DNA from: Octopus vulgaris
Taxonomy: Eukaryota
Reading direction: 5' to 3'
Assembly: GCA_951406725.2 (NCBI GenBank)
Contig: OX597834.1
Span: forward strand, 12,400,001-12,464,000
DNA: 64,000 nt
Shown: positions 26,266 through 40,334 of the stretch, in pieces
Layout: each line of letters begins with the position of its first letter
How positions within the stretch are numbered: the stretch's first letter is position 1
Program-made: the position numbers and the translations under genes
Notes under the pieces: generated by a model
Databases searched by the model: none
Told to the model about the DNA's origin: nothing
The model's input: the letters and a program-made list of their open reading frames with translations, nothing else

Positions 26266-27455
26266 AAGGCGGCGAGCTGGCAGAAACGTTGCGTTCTGAG
26301 TTCAAATTCCGCCGTGGTCGACTTTGCCTTTCATCCATTCGGGGTCGATAAATAAAGTACCAGTTACGCAGTAGGGTCAATGTAATCGACTTAATCCCTT
26401 TGTCTGTTCTTGTTTTGCCTGTTTATGTTTAATAAAAAAATAAGAAACGTTAACTCAGAACGTTCTGAATTTGAACTCAGAACGTAACGGCAGACGAAAT
26501 ACCTATTTCTTTACTAACCACAAGGGGCTGAACACAGAGAGGACAAACAAGGAGAGACAAACGGATTAAGTCGATTATATCGACCGCATTGCGTAACTGG
26601 TAGTTATTTAAACGACCCCGAAAGGATGAAAGGCAAAGTCGACGTCGGCGGAATTTGAACTCAGAACGTAACCGCAGACGAAATACCTATTTCTTTACTA
26701 ACCACAAGGGGCTAAACACAGAGAGGACAAACAAGGAGAGACAAACGGATTAAGTCGATTATATCGACCCCCAGTGCGTAACTGGTACTTATTTAATCGA
26801 CCCCGAAAGGATGACAGGCAAAGTCGACCTCGGCGGAATTTGAACTCAGAACGTAACGGCAGACGAAATACCTATTTCGCTAAACACGGAGAGGACAAAC
26901 AAGGAGAGACAAACGGATTAAGTCGATTATATCGACCCCAGTGCGTAACTGGTACTTATTTAATCGACCCCGAAAGGATGACAGGCAAAGTCGACCTGGG
27001 CGGAATTTGAACTCAGAACGTAACCGCAGACGAAATACCTATTTCTTTACTACCCACAGGGGGCTAAACACGGAGAGGATAAAAAAGGAGAGACAAACGG
27101 ATTAAGTCGATTATATCGACCCCAGTGCGTAACTGGTACTTATTTAATCGACCCCGAAAGGATGAAAGGCAAAGTCGACCTCGGCGGAATTTGAACTCAG
27201 AACGTAGCGGCAGACGAACTACCTATTTCTTTACTACCCACAAGGGGCTAAACACAGAGAGGACAAACAAGGAGAGACAAACGGATTAAGTCGATTATAT
27301 TGACCCCAGTGCGTAACTGGTACTTATTTAACCGACCCCGAAAAGATGACAGGCAAAGTCGACCTCGGCGGAATTTGAACTCAGAACGTAACGGCAGACG
27401 AAATACCGCTAAACATTTTATCTGGTGTGCTAATGATTCTGCCAGCTCGCCGCCT
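26266..27455 (-). mobile_element. Tandem array of about 5.5 family-B SINE units (about 184 bp) on -, abutting a + copy at 26266-26450
   Basis: gaactcagaacg recurs at 26473, 26657, 26842, 27009, 27193 and 27377; a single head at about 27400-27455. Confidence 0.93.
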
Positions 27456-27654
27456 CAACGTTTTAATATTTGCGCAGTCAACTTGATATCCAGCTTGCAT
27501 ACTCTTAAGTAGAATAAAGAAAGCTTTAATCCTTGTCAAGAGTAGAAATTTTGATATATGTGAATGTTGTCGATATAACAGCTTATTCTAAATCCTTCTG
27601 ATCAAACAGACTTTAGAGCAAAGATTTTCTAGTTGTGCCTATCATGTCTTGCGC

Positions 27655-28216
27655 TCTTACTCTTTACTCTGTTTTACTTGTTTCAGCCATTTCAGTGCGG
27701 CTATGCGGGAGCACCGCCTTCAAACGAGCAAATCGACCCCAGGACTTATGCTTTGTAAGCCTAGTACTTATTCTATCAGTCTCTTTTACCGAACTGCTAA
27801 GTTACGGGGACGTAAACACACCAGCATCGCTTGACAACCGATACTGGGAGACAGACACAGATATATATATATATATATATATATATGTAGATATATATAT
27901 ACAAATATTAGCCTGCTCGCTTAGCCAGCGGGACGGCGTCATTTGAAGGCTAAAATAATGCGAAGCGCATTGTGACCAGCGATGTGTAGCAACATCTGAT
28001 AGTCTGGTCGGTCATGGTGATCACGGTGGTATATAAAAATGTATATATACGACGGGTTTCTTTTGGTTTCCGTCTACCAAATCCACTCACAAGGTTTTGG
28101 TTGGCCCGAGGCTATAGCAGAAATCACTTGCCCAAGGTGCCACGCAGTGGGACTGAACCTGGGACCTTGTGGTTGGTAAGCAAGGTACATACCACACAAC
28201 CACTCCTGCGCCTATA
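27655..28216 (-). mobile_element. Family-A SINE with an about 130-bp foreign insert (about 27905-28030) in its TA tract
   Basis: Both SINE halves are recognisable on either side of the insert. Confidence 0.8.
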
Positions 28217-29498
28217 TTAGTTATGTAATCTTCTCACTCTTCACTGTCTCCCCACCCTTGTCGTTTTCACTTATACCTACACCAACGCCAAGACAAAAAC
28301 ACACACACGTTTAACCAGAAGTCTGCAACAGAAAACCAATAATTCAATAGAATATTCGGCATAATGAGACAATTTGCTTCTTGAGCAGTTTGACATTACT
28401 ACGTTCTGTTGTATATATTTTTAAGCAGTCGGTTTTGATTTCGAAAATATTTGTTTGTTAATTCTATCATATCAAACAATATGGATACTTTAGTTTGCGT
28501 TCAAAGTCCGTCGTGGTTGACTTTGCCTTTCACCTCTTTCGGGTTCTATAAAATAAGTACCAGTAGAGCACTGGGGTCGATGTAATTCACTTACCCCCTC
28601 TACCGAAATAGCTGGTCCTTTGCCAATATTTAAAACTAATATGAATACTCCAGTTAAGGCGGCGAAATGGCATACTGTTATATATGCGTATGTATATACG
28701 GATGTATACCTGTACGCATGCTCGCTCCGCAGGCACACCCACAAACATATATATATGCATGCATGATATATACATATATATATATATATGCATGATATGC
28801 ATTTAATGTCAGTATATGCACAAAAGTATGTATATCTATATTTATATGTATATTTAACCATAGATATATATGTGTATATATGTGTGTATATGTATGTATA
28901 TATACGTGTGTATTTATATGTGTATTCATATACACATGAGCGTGTGTATATTTGTATGTATGTATACTTAGAGTATATGTATCTTTTGGAGTAAGTATTA
29001 CGTCCGTTCTTCCTCTTCTGTGATACAAGTGAATATACCTTAGCAAACGTGATGTCTTTAACAGCTTGATTCACCCCGTCCACCCCGCCATTCCTGTTCC
29101 CTCTTTGCTCTATTTCTCTCGACACTCTTTTCGTATTCCTACTTTCACTTTCATATCTTTCATGATGTCGTTTGTTACTCCGCCTCAAACATTTTCCTCT
29201 TCTCTCCAACTTTCGCATTTCCCCATTAATACACATCCGCTTCACGTTTATTTTTCTTCTTTCTTCCTAAAATTCTACCTCTTACACTTCATCTCCGTTC
29301 GCCTTTCTCCATCACGTTTCACTTTTCCCTCCACTTTCCTATTTAACTATCAATCTATGTATCGTCGAATCGATCTCACCGTCTGCTTACTCGTCTCTGC
29401 CTCTCTCTCTCTCCCTCCCCCTCTCTCTCTATCTGTCTTTCTTTCTCTCTATCTATCTCAAAGTACATATATATGTGTATATATAACATATGTATGTA

Positions 29499-29537
<39 letters not shown>

Positions 29538-30137
29538 TTATGTATGTATATGCATAGTGTGTGTGTATGTATTTGCATATATGTATATATATATATACGT
29601 ATTTATGTATGTATATGTATAGTGTGTGTGTCTGTGTGTATTTGTATCTATATATATATATATATGTATGCATATATATATAAGTATATAGATATATGTA
29701 TATCTATATATATATATGTGTGCCAGTGTGTGCGTCTGTGTATGTGAATCTGTGTGTGTTTGTGAGATTGAGTGAGTAGGCATTTGCATCTGTATGTTTA
29801 AGTGGTGTGTTGGCAGAAATCTTGCAGCGTCGGTTACAATGATTGATGTGTTCGTTTTGGCTCACAGCACTCAGATTCTAAATCTGCCCAGAGTTAAGTT
29901 TTCTATTTCCTCCTCCCGAGATCATTCCCACTCTCCCCTCTGAGAATATGCTTGAGCTTAGGCCAGGAGTGCAACGGGCTTCCCCAGATTTAAATTGCCG
30001 GAGACTGCGAAACCACACGTTGGCGCCTCAAGGACTCGATTAGCATTTTACTTCAAGAAAGGAAGAAATAAATGGGGCAGAAAAGACAGATGAATATTAA
30101 AATATATGTATAGGCCAACTCTGCGTAGATTTCTAGC

Positions 30138-30430
30138 TTAGCTTTCACGTTTAATCATCCTGTTTTAGCTGTAACACATTTGTATTCTTTAGTGTACAAT
30201 CAAAAACCTATACTGAAGAAATAATATATCCGAAACGTCATGTCAATGGTAGTTAACAAAGGAAAATATAAATGATCAAAAAATTGAAGGATATTAAAAA
30301 AATATGTACAAGCTGTGCTTCACGTTTTCATGTTATATCATTCTGTTTTAGCTGTAAGTCATTGTTATTCATGAATGTGCAAACTTATACTGAAGAAAGA
30401 CATTATCCGAAAAGTTATGTTAAATGTGCT
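30138..30430 (+). repeat. Diverged direct repeat (about 180-bp period), each unit with a decayed hammerhead-like CTGAAGA..TCCGAAA motif
   Basis: ttcacgttt..ctgttttagctgtaa..tatactgaagaaa..atccgaaa occurs twice. Confidence 0.55.
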
Positions 30431-30649
30431 TAATATTTTTTCCATTTCTCCCCAAAGGTATATACCTATGTCTATACACAGAAATACACAGATACATACA
30501 CACGTATAAACATGTGTATATATGTATGTATATGTATGTACGAATTCAATAACCATACATATCTTACATCTATTTTCTTTCCTTCACTTCACTTCACTTT
30601 ATTTGTATCACCCCGAAACTAACTATGACTTAATTTTGCCTCTCACACC

Positions 30650-30701
30650 GTCTCCGATGAAGGGATATTATTAATCAATATCCTAGAAACAGCTGTAAGA
30701 C
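30650..30701 (+). ncRNA. Type I hammerhead motif
   Basis: GTCT-CCGATGA-A-GGGATATT attaatc AATATCCT-A-GAAA-CAGCTG-TA-AGAC; helix III ACAGCTGT is palindromic; U4 is C. Confidence 0.72.
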
Positions 30702-30881
30702 CTATCTATAAATGCTCTAATATATATACAGCCTATGTTTTTATCGCATTAGGCAAAAAATTCATATATATATATATAGTTAATCCAAACATGAAAACAC
30801 AAAGAGAAAACACAACAATGCGAGGACGTGGAACAAGTATAGCGTTATTGGACGCTCAGGCAATGAAAGAAAGAAGGAAGA

Positions 30882-30914
30882 TTTAACGTTTCGAGCGGAG
30901 CTCTTCGTCAGAAA
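30882..30914 (-). ncRNA. Minimal type I hammerhead motif in TA-flanked element 30779-30992
   Basis: Minus strand: TTT-CTGACGA-A-GAGC tcc GCTC-GAAA-CG-TT-AAA; canonical core; helix III ACGT. Confidence 0.75.
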
Positions 30915-30990
30915 CATAGGAAAAGGAAAGATCCAAAGAAGGGAAGACGGAGGAGAAAAAAATCGCCAACGGTACACACGCGGTCACATT

Positions 30991-31027
<37 letters not shown>

Positions 31028-31585
31028 GTGTATGTGCGTACATGTATGGATATCGTTTTACGTAATTATGTATGTGTGAAATATATTTCTCTGACAATCT
31101 CTTTCTTACCAACGGTTAGCATCTATAGATTCTATTCTCTATGTAATTTTTTTTTACACAACTCCTTAAGTTAATTACACGCTAATGAACAACGAAGCCT
31201 ACTTAAATCAAGAGTACCGCATTTATACGTACACATGTTGTGTATTACGCCGCTTAAAACACGGAAATCATGAAATACATTCGTATATACACCAACTCTA
31301 TATTTTCCATGAAGAAAATTTTTTCCTTCCTCTCTCTCTCGTTTGACATTGACTTTCCTTCTCACTTTATCTTTTTCTCCCTCTATTTATTTCCCCACCT
31401 CTTGCTTATGTCTTCTTGCTTTCATATATTTTTGGGGGAGTTGGTTGGTGGGGGAGGTGGATTATCGAGGTGGGGGGGGGTTGAGTGGGGTGGTGAAAGT
31501 TCCCAAAAGAGTTTGGACATACATTTGCGACCACGCCGATAAGATTAAACGGCAAGTGGTGACAACGACGACGAAGAGGACACCG

Positions 31586-32000
31586 ATGATGGTGATGATG
31601 ATGATGATGACGATGGTGATGGTGATGATGACGATGGTGATGATGACGATGGTGATGATGACGATGGTGATGATGACGATGGTGATGATGACGACGGTGA
31701 TGATGACGACGGTGATGATGACGACGGTGATGATGACGACGGTGATGATGACGACGGTGATGATGACGACGGTGATGATGACGACGGTGATGATGACGAC
31801 GGTGATGATGACGACGGTGATGATGACGACGGTGATGATGACGACGGTGATGATGACGACGGTGATGATGACGACGGTGATGATGACGACGGTGATGATG
31901 ACGACGGTGATGATGACGACGGTGATGATGACGACGGTGATGATGACGACGGTGATGATGACGGTGATGATGACGATGGTGATGATGACGATGGTGATGT
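31586..32000. repeat. 15-bp tandem repeat (GGTGATGATGACGAC)n
   Basis: Directly visible, very homogeneous in its centre. Confidence 0.97.
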
Positions 32001-32099
32001 TGGTGGTAAGGATGACAGTGGAGATGGTGATGAGACTGAAAAAGCGGGTAAAAGTAAGTATAAGCATCGAATGTACATGAAAAGCGGTAGTAGATGTAC

Positions 32100-33033
32100 T
32101 ACTACAGCAAATATCACTACTACTGTTACTACAACTACTGCCAGTGGTAGTTGTAGAAGTAGTAATAGTGAAATGTTGGTGGTGGTGGTAGTAGTAGTAA
32201 TATTAGTAGTAGCAGTAGTAGTATAGTAGTAGTAGTAGTAGTGGTGGTGATGCTGATGGTGGTAGTAATAGTAGTAGTCGTATTAGTAGCAGTAGCAAAA
32301 GTAGTAGTAGTAGTAGTAGTAATATTCGTATTAGTAGCAGTAGTAATAGTAGTAGTAGTGGTGGTGGTGATGCTGGCGGTGGTAGTAGTGATAGTAGTAA
32401 TAGTAGTAGCAGCAGTAATAGTAGCAGTCGTATTAGTAGCAGTAGTAATAGCAGCAGCAGTCGTAGTAGTAGTGGTAATGATGCTGGTATTATTAATTAT
32501 TATTATTGTTACTATTATTATTATTATTATTATTATTATTAGTAGTAGTAGTAGTAGAGGAAGAGCGTTCGATTGTACGTCGATATGTAGTAGAGAGAAA
32601 CCCGGCATGCAGAGGTGGTGGTGGAGGAGGGTTCTGCTCTGGCAGCGGGAGCATCTCACATCGCTACACACAGCCACTAGTGTGCTGCGCTGGTAGTAGA
32701 TTCTGCTGCTGCTAAAACCGATGCTGCCACCATCACTTCCATCATCATCATCACCACCAACACTACTACTAAGAATACTACTACTACTACTAAGAATACT
32801 ACTACTACTACTACTAAGAATACTACTACTACTACTACTGCTGCTGCTGCTGTTGTTATGAATACATAAAAATGTAAGAAATTAAGATTATATCAGTCCA
32901 ATACTAATTTCTGCAGCAATATCCTCAACAGCAGCATTAGTTGTAGTACAAGCAGCAGTAGTTGTAGTGGTGGTAGTGGTGGTGGTAGTGTATGTGGTAA
33001 CAGTAGTACAAGCAACAACAGCTGCAGCAGTAA

Positions 33034-33078
<45 letters not shown>

Positions 33079-33183
33079 CAGTTGTGGTGGTGGTGGTAGT
33101 GATGTATGTGGTAACAGTAGCAGCAACAGTAGTATTAATAATAGTAGTAGTAATAGTAGTAGCAGTAATAGTAGTAGCATTAA

Positions 33184-33218
<35 letters not shown>

Positions 33219-33440
33219 TAGTGGTAATAGTAGTAGTAGTAATAGTAGTAGTAGTGTTAGTAGCTTTTGCTGGTACTAGTAGAACAGCAATATGAACAAC
33301 CAAAAAGTAGTAGTAGTAGTAGTGGTGGTGGTGATCGTCGTGGTAGTGGTTTTGGTAGTAGTACTGGTAGTGGTATTAGAAATGGTGAAGATAGTAACAG
33401 TGGGAATATTGTAGTAGTAGTAGTAGTAGTAGTAGTAAAT
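32100..33440. repeat. Degenerate (TAG/TGG/CAG/TAA)n trinucleotide block
   Basis: Directly visible. Confidence 0.93.
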
Positions 33441-33789
33441 GGATTAACAGTATAAGATATATTACAAAAAGATAATTCAACCAAGTTAGTGGATTGACAG
33501 TTTTTTCTGTTTTTGTTTTTTTTTTCGGATTACAAGTTTCACGAAATATGAACCACCGTATATAACTGGTATTAATATGACGCGCTGCAACAGTGCAAAT
33601 GCCATAGAAAGTTATGTCTACTTGAGATGAGAACTGAGTGAATAAAAATGATAAATTTTTCGAAGAATTTCAATCGGTATTCTTTAATTTTGGTACATTG
33701 GGAATGGTTATAAGGGTTAAGGAGGAAGCAGGGATATAAGGAAAGGGGAAAAGGGCCAAAACGAGAAAAAGAGAAAAAAAAACAGATAG

Positions 33790-33885
33790 GTGGTTGTTAT
33801 GATGATAACTATGCTGCTAATAGTGGTGATGATGTTGATGACGATGATGATGGTTATAATGATGATGATGATGATAATGACGATA

Positions 33886-33916
<31 letters not shown>

Positions 33917-34522
33917 CGATAATGATGATGACGATAATGATGATGACGATAATGATGTCGATAGTGATGATGACGATAATGATGTCGATAGTGATGATGA
34001 CGATAATGATGTCGATAGTGATGATGACGATAATGATGATGACGATAATGATGATGACGATAATGATGATGATAATGATAATAATGATGATGATGATAAT
34101 GATGATGATGATAATGATGATGATGATGATTATAATGATGATGATTATAATGATGATGATTATAATGATGATTATAATGATGATGATGGTGGTGATGATA
34201 ATTATGACGATGATGATAATGAAGATAATGATGATATGGATGACGACAGCGACAATGATTTTGTCAAAATGCTAGTGATAATGATCATGGTGATGATGAT
34301 GTTGGTAGTGATGATGACAACGACGACGACGGCGGTGGTGGTGGTGGTGATTGTGATGATGATGACGACGATGGTGATGATGACGACTAAGATGTTGATA
34401 ATGATGACGATTTCGGTGGAGGTGGATCTGGTAGTGTTACTGATGATGATGATGATGATCGGGATAATATTAATAATGATGATAACGACGATGATGATGA
34501 CGAGGATGATGATGACGACGAT
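33790..34522. repeat. (GAT/AAT/GAC)n trinucleotide block
   Basis: Directly visible. Confidence 0.93.
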
Positions 34523-34523
34523 C

Positions 34524-34712
34524 GGAATTTGAACTTACTGCCGTTACGTTGTGAGATCAAATTCCGCCGAGGTCGACTTTGCCTTTCATCCTTTCGGGGT
34601 CGATAAATTAAGTACCAATTACGCACTGGGGTTGATATAATCAACTTAATACCTATGTCTGTCCTTGTTTGTCCCCTCTGTGTTTGGCCCCTTGTGGGTA
34701 ATAAAGAAATAG
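34524..34712 (+). mobile_element. Family-B SINE 3' unit
   Basis: Reverse complement of the array unit. Confidence 0.85.
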
Positions 34713-35002
34713 ATAATAATGTGAACAGTGAGACTTATCAGTATAGGGTGGGAGCATGAAATGTTTTTATAAAAAAAAAAACGAAAAATAAATAAACAAA
34801 GGAAAAAAAATGATAATTCCGCTTTGGTTGAAGACCAGCAACTATCTGAAAAGTAGATGAAAGATGATAAAAGTGAAGATGAAAGGAAGAAGAGAATGCA
34901 GATGAAAGTGAATGAGAGAAAGAGAGAGGAAACCGATAAGACAGAAGAAAATAGGGGTACAATAGAACGAAGCCGGGAAGGACAAGAAAGAGGGATAAGA
35001 AA

Positions 35003-35004
35003 TA

Positions 35005-35046
<42 letters not shown>

Positions 35047-35354
35047 CTTTTCCTGGTACTAGAACATGAGAAGCAGAGGTGGTGGTGGTGGTTTTAGTAG
35101 TAGTACTGGTAGTGGTATTAGAAGTGGTTACGATAGTAAAAGTAGTAGTAGTTGTAATAGTAGCTTTTCCTGGTACTAAAACATGAGAAGCAGAAGTAGT
35201 AGTAGTAGTGGTGGTGGTTTTAGTAGTAGTACTGGTAGTGGTATTAGAAGTGGTTACGATAGTAGCAGCAGCAGTAGTAGTAGAAGAAGAAAAGGAAAGA
35301 AGAAGAACAAGAAGAGGAAGTAAAAGAAAGAAAAACAAGAGGAAGGTAAGGAAA

Positions 35355-35390
<36 letters not shown>

Positions 35391-35408
35391 GAATAATAAT
35401 AATAATAA

Positions 35409-35439
<31 letters not shown>

Positions 35440-35472
35440 AAGGAGAAATTAAGAAGCAGAAGAAGAAGAAGA
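35003..35472. repeat. (TAG)n, (TAA)n and (GAA)n tracts with an internal duplication of about 120 bp
   Basis: gcttttcctggtacta..acatgagaagcaga occurs at about 35046 and 35163, with a similar motif at about 33263. Confidence 0.88.
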
Positions 35473-35639
35473 GAGGCAACCACCGCAATAACAAAAACAT
35501 CGAAAGAAAAACAAATACTCTATCAACGCAAACAACAACAATAACAACAAGAACATAAATAACAGGAAGAATGAGAGACAAGATGAAGAAAAAACAGCGG
35601 CGAACGGAAAGAGAAGAAATAACAATTAAAGGATGAGTA

Positions 35640-36060
35640 AGATGGTTGAGGGGTGGGGCTGGGGCTCGGGGGGTGTTGATGCAGTATGGAGGTGGTGGAG
35701 AGGGGTGGGTGGGGGCGAGCTGTAGTTGAAGAGAATGGAGAGCGAAAGGCGAGGCAGAAGAATTTTTAAAACAAGGTGGAGAAGACGGCAGACGCCGAGC
35801 CACAAGTGAGTAGCGAGCTACTGTGTGTGAATACCGGCACCACATCGCATCTTCGTTCCAACACAGCAGCCTCCTCTTTACCCGTCTCCCCTTTTCCCAT
35901 CTATTTCTCTCCTTCTCTGTCGTTATCTTTCACTCTCTCTCTCTCTCGTAATCTTTCTGTCTTTCATTCTCTCTGAATGGCTTTGTCTGTCTCTCCGTCT
36001 TGTTTTGTCTCTTGGTCTCTCGATCTCTCTGTCTCTTCCTATCGCCTCGCTCACCCTGTC
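35640..36060. promoter_or_regulatory. Possible promoter / first-exon region (GC- and CpG-enriched unique island)
   Basis: Non-repetitive GC-richer stretch between purine-rich and pyrimidine-rich tracts; donor-like CAA/GTGAGT near 35806. Composition only. Confidence 0.3.
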
Positions 36061-36239
36061 TCTATTAAAGCTCAACATTTCGTAGTATTAAAGAAGTCAG
36101 GAAACCAATATACAAAACCTGCAGATAAGTAAAAAGACACACACACACACACGCACACACACACACTCTAAAAGTGTAATGCTACAAAATTGCATCAACA
36201 ATAACAAATCCCACCCCTCAGAAAATGAGAATACTCGGC

Positions 36240-36275
<36 letters not shown>

Positions 36276-36517
36276 ATTGAGTCGAAACAGGGGCAGCTGA
36301 AGAAGGGGAATATTCCTTGTATTGTTTGTCTTGTACTCTGTTTTTTTGTTGTTGTTAAAAAAAGTCCGTTTCCTTGTTTGATTTTATGTTTTCGTTTCTC
36401 GTTGTGTTCTACGTATATTTGTGGTGTCCTGTACTCATATATGCATGTATATATACATATAGATGTAGGTATGTACATATATGTATGTATGTATTCATAT
36501 GTTTTATTTATTAAATT

Positions 36518-36559
<42 letters not shown>

Positions 36560-38069
36560 CGCGTGTGTGTGATATCACCGTTAGGTCATCTACTATTTCC
36601 CCTCGTATTTTGCTTTAAAAAAATTTTTTTTTTACTCTTTCTCACATTTTCAGTCCGTAAGTCCAGTCGAAGTATTATTTATCGTTATTAAAATGCTGTT
36701 CATTGCTTGTTTCGATGTTAATTTCTGAGTTCTAGACCTGGCGAAGTCGGCTATGCCAGTTATCATTTCGCAGTCGATAAATTATGAAAGAAACGGCCGA
36801 ATACCGAGGACCAAGGCCTCCGTATCTGCCCCTATACTCAATACTGGACTGGCAGGCTCTGTGTATCTAATTGGTAGAGTTATTAGCGCGTGGGTCACAC
36901 AATTCTTAACGGTATTTCTATCATCTCTTTATATTCAGAGTCAGAAATGTCTTTCTTACATTTGAGATGGATAAGATAAGTGCTATTTCTGACTGGTATC
37001 GATGCAACCAAAATAACCCCTCCCCTCAAAATCTCTGCCTTTGTGCTAAAATTTTTAATAATTATTAGTATTATTATTTTATTTATTATCTTTTTTAACC
37101 ATTGTTTTACTATTTATGTTTCCCTTCTTGTTTTATTGTATACCGTGTACACTCCTTTTTATGCCTATTTAGTTTATTGTTCCATTATATGTAAACCCCC
37201 ACACTTTATGACTTGTTTTGTATTGTCCTCAAAATATTTCGCCCTGCTGGCAAATACATGAAATCATCATCATTTTAATCATTATTATTATTATTATTAT
37301 TATTATATAGCACGCTGGACGAAATGCTTAGTGATATTTCGCTCGTCGCTACGTTCTGAGTTCAAATTTCGCTGAGGTCGACTGTTGCTTTTCATCCTTT
37401 CGGGATCGATAAAATTAGCATCAGTTACGCACTGGGGTCGATGTAATCGACTAGCCCCTTGCCCCCCAACAGACTTGCAAGGCTTTGTGCCTAAAGTAGC
37501 AATAATATTATTCTTATTCTTATTGGGAACATCCGAAAGGTTTAAGACAAATGTGTGCGCTGTGCATGGTTTCGCTTCGAACAGTGATGAATACAAACTA
37601 TGCGTGTACAAGTGTTTTCTTGGTGGAAAAAGGTATTTCTGTTTCGACTCATATAAAGCATACACAATATTCTACTCATCCACTCGCAACATATTTATAT
37701 ACATACATACAGCTTTACACGTACAGGCACGCACAACGATTTGTTTGCACAAAAGCATACCCAACTAAATGCACAATACGTATACACAAACACGCATACA
37801 CATTCGTACATATATACACACACATTCGTACATATATCTACACAAACACTCCTACATATATATATATATACACACACACGCACACTCGTACATATATATA
37901 TATATATACACACACATATATACACACACATATACACACACACATATATATACTCACACATATATACACACACATACACACACATACACACACATATATA
38001 CACACACATACACACACATACACATATATACACACACACATACACACATATATACACACATACACACAC

Positions 38070-38118
<49 letters not shown>

Positions 38119-39778
38119 CACATATACATACAAGTGCATATACATACTCTTATACCACACTTCACACATATAACAAAAAGGAAGGCAGCTGTACCATACA
38201 AACACAATACTTTATGTAACACATATGCAATCAGCTCTAATATCGATTTCAAATTTTGGCACAAGGCCAGCAGTTTTAGGGGTAAGACTTAGTATATTAC
38301 ATCGACCCCATTGTTCAAATGGTATATATTCTATCGAACCCCAAATGATGAAAGGAAAAGCCGGCTGCGGCGGTATTTGAAATGCCGCCCGGCGTGCTGG
38401 TAATTCTGCCTGTTCGCCGCCTTAATGCAGTTAATAATATTGGAATAGACAAGTGGTTTAGAAATTTACAGGCGAAGGGTGTCTGTGTTGGTAGTCAGTG
38501 GTGGCCCGCACGAAGCTAACTTTCACGTGTAAATATACGTGTTCACATTCGGCTAACGTGAAGCGAAGAAGAAGAATGCGAGTAAACACAAACGAGTGAG
38601 TACGCACGCATACATACATACACACACACACACTTACACGCACACACACACACATACACACACACATACACACACAGACATTCTCACACACACACACACA
38701 CACTCTCACACACACACACACTCACTCTCACACACACTCACACACACACACACACACACACGCTCACACAAATACACGCTCACATACAGACAGACAGACA
38801 CACACACACACGTACATATTTACGTATGAAAAGATAAGGAGTATGGTGGGGAGGAAGACAAAAGGAAAAGTACAAATTAAACGTATCTTTTCTCTTGTTT
38901 CCGGTATTCGAACGCGGCCATGCTGGGGCATATGCCGATCATTTTACATTAAAAATTTCTCTTCTGGAAATCAAAAATGTATTTCTTTAATTACCGATAG
39001 TGAAATTTCGAACACAGACGCTAAAGCACAAATGAAGATGAAATATCACAAATAATTAATTGAAAAACCAAGAAAAAAATATATCGCTGTAACCTTCATC
39101 AGATAAAGAACAATTACATTAATAATAATAACGTTAATAGAAATAACAATTGGGATGTTACATAGCTTTTTTATATAAAATCTAACAATAGTAATAATAA
39201 TAATAATAATAGTAATAATAATAATATAATAGTAATAATAATAATAGTAATAATGATAATATAATAATAATAATATAATAATAATAATGATAATATAATA
39301 ATAATAATATAACAAAATAAGTGATCAATAAAAAAGTCAATGGTGATTGTAAAAAAAATTATTGTGTATTTATGTGTAAGTGTACGAATGTGTGTGTGTG
39401 TGTGTATGTATATATATATATGTACGTATGTATGTGTGTGTGTGTGTGTATGTCTGTATTTAGGTATGTATGTATGATTCAGTCATTAGACCAGGCCATA
39501 CTACAACAGCGCCTTGAAGGGTTTAGTAGACGAAATACTTATTTTTTAGACCGGTACTAATTTTATCGTACAATTTTTGCCGATCCGCTAAGTTACCGGG
39601 ACGTAAACAAACCAGTGCCGGTTGTCAAGCGTTGATAGACGATATATATATATATATACATAAGTACATGTATTTACATGAATGTGTCTGTGTGTGAGTG
39701 TGTGAACGTGTGTATAAGTATACATAAGTGTACATCAATATATGTAAATATGTGTTTTTTTGAGTGCGTCTATATGTG

Positions 39779-39821
<43 letters not shown>

Positions 39822-40258
39822 TTGTCTGCAAAAGAGGAGTAAATTGAAATAGAGTTAACCAAACAGGGTACCGCACCTTCTTCGTGTAAATAACCAGACA
39901 GCCACGGCGACTCCGGTATAGACTCCAGGCCCCAATATATATATATATATGTACAAATATCAAAATCAAGACATGATTTTTCGACGGAATTCGCAAATAA
40001 TTTACGGACGTCGAGACTAGAAGAAGAAAAGACAAACCCACTGCGATGGATAATGGGATATGAGTAATGTTATGTATGCACGTATGAATATGTTCTGCTG
40101 TATGTATACAGTGTGTATGTGTATACGCATAGGAGACTACATGCATATACACACATAAGTCACACGCGCATATACAGAGACGCACACGCACACATGAATG
40201 TGTATACGTATATATGAGTGTATATGCAAGTGTTTATGGCTGTGTGTATGTATATATT

Positions 40259-40298
<40 letters not shown>

Positions 40299-40300
40299 TT

Positions 40301-40334
<34 letters not shown>

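Noticed and set aside
26450-27455. CRISPR-like periodicity
   Set aside because: Whole 184-bp units repeat with no unique spacers and no cas genes; eukaryotic SINE array.
31343-32117. Long ORFs (VMMTT)n, (PSSSS)n and (ITVVI)n
   Set aside because: Stop-free readings of a 15-bp tandem repeat, open on both strands, with no coding evidence.
34646-35845. 399-aa minus-strand ORF
   Set aside because: Composed of trinucleotide tracts and ends in a SINE.
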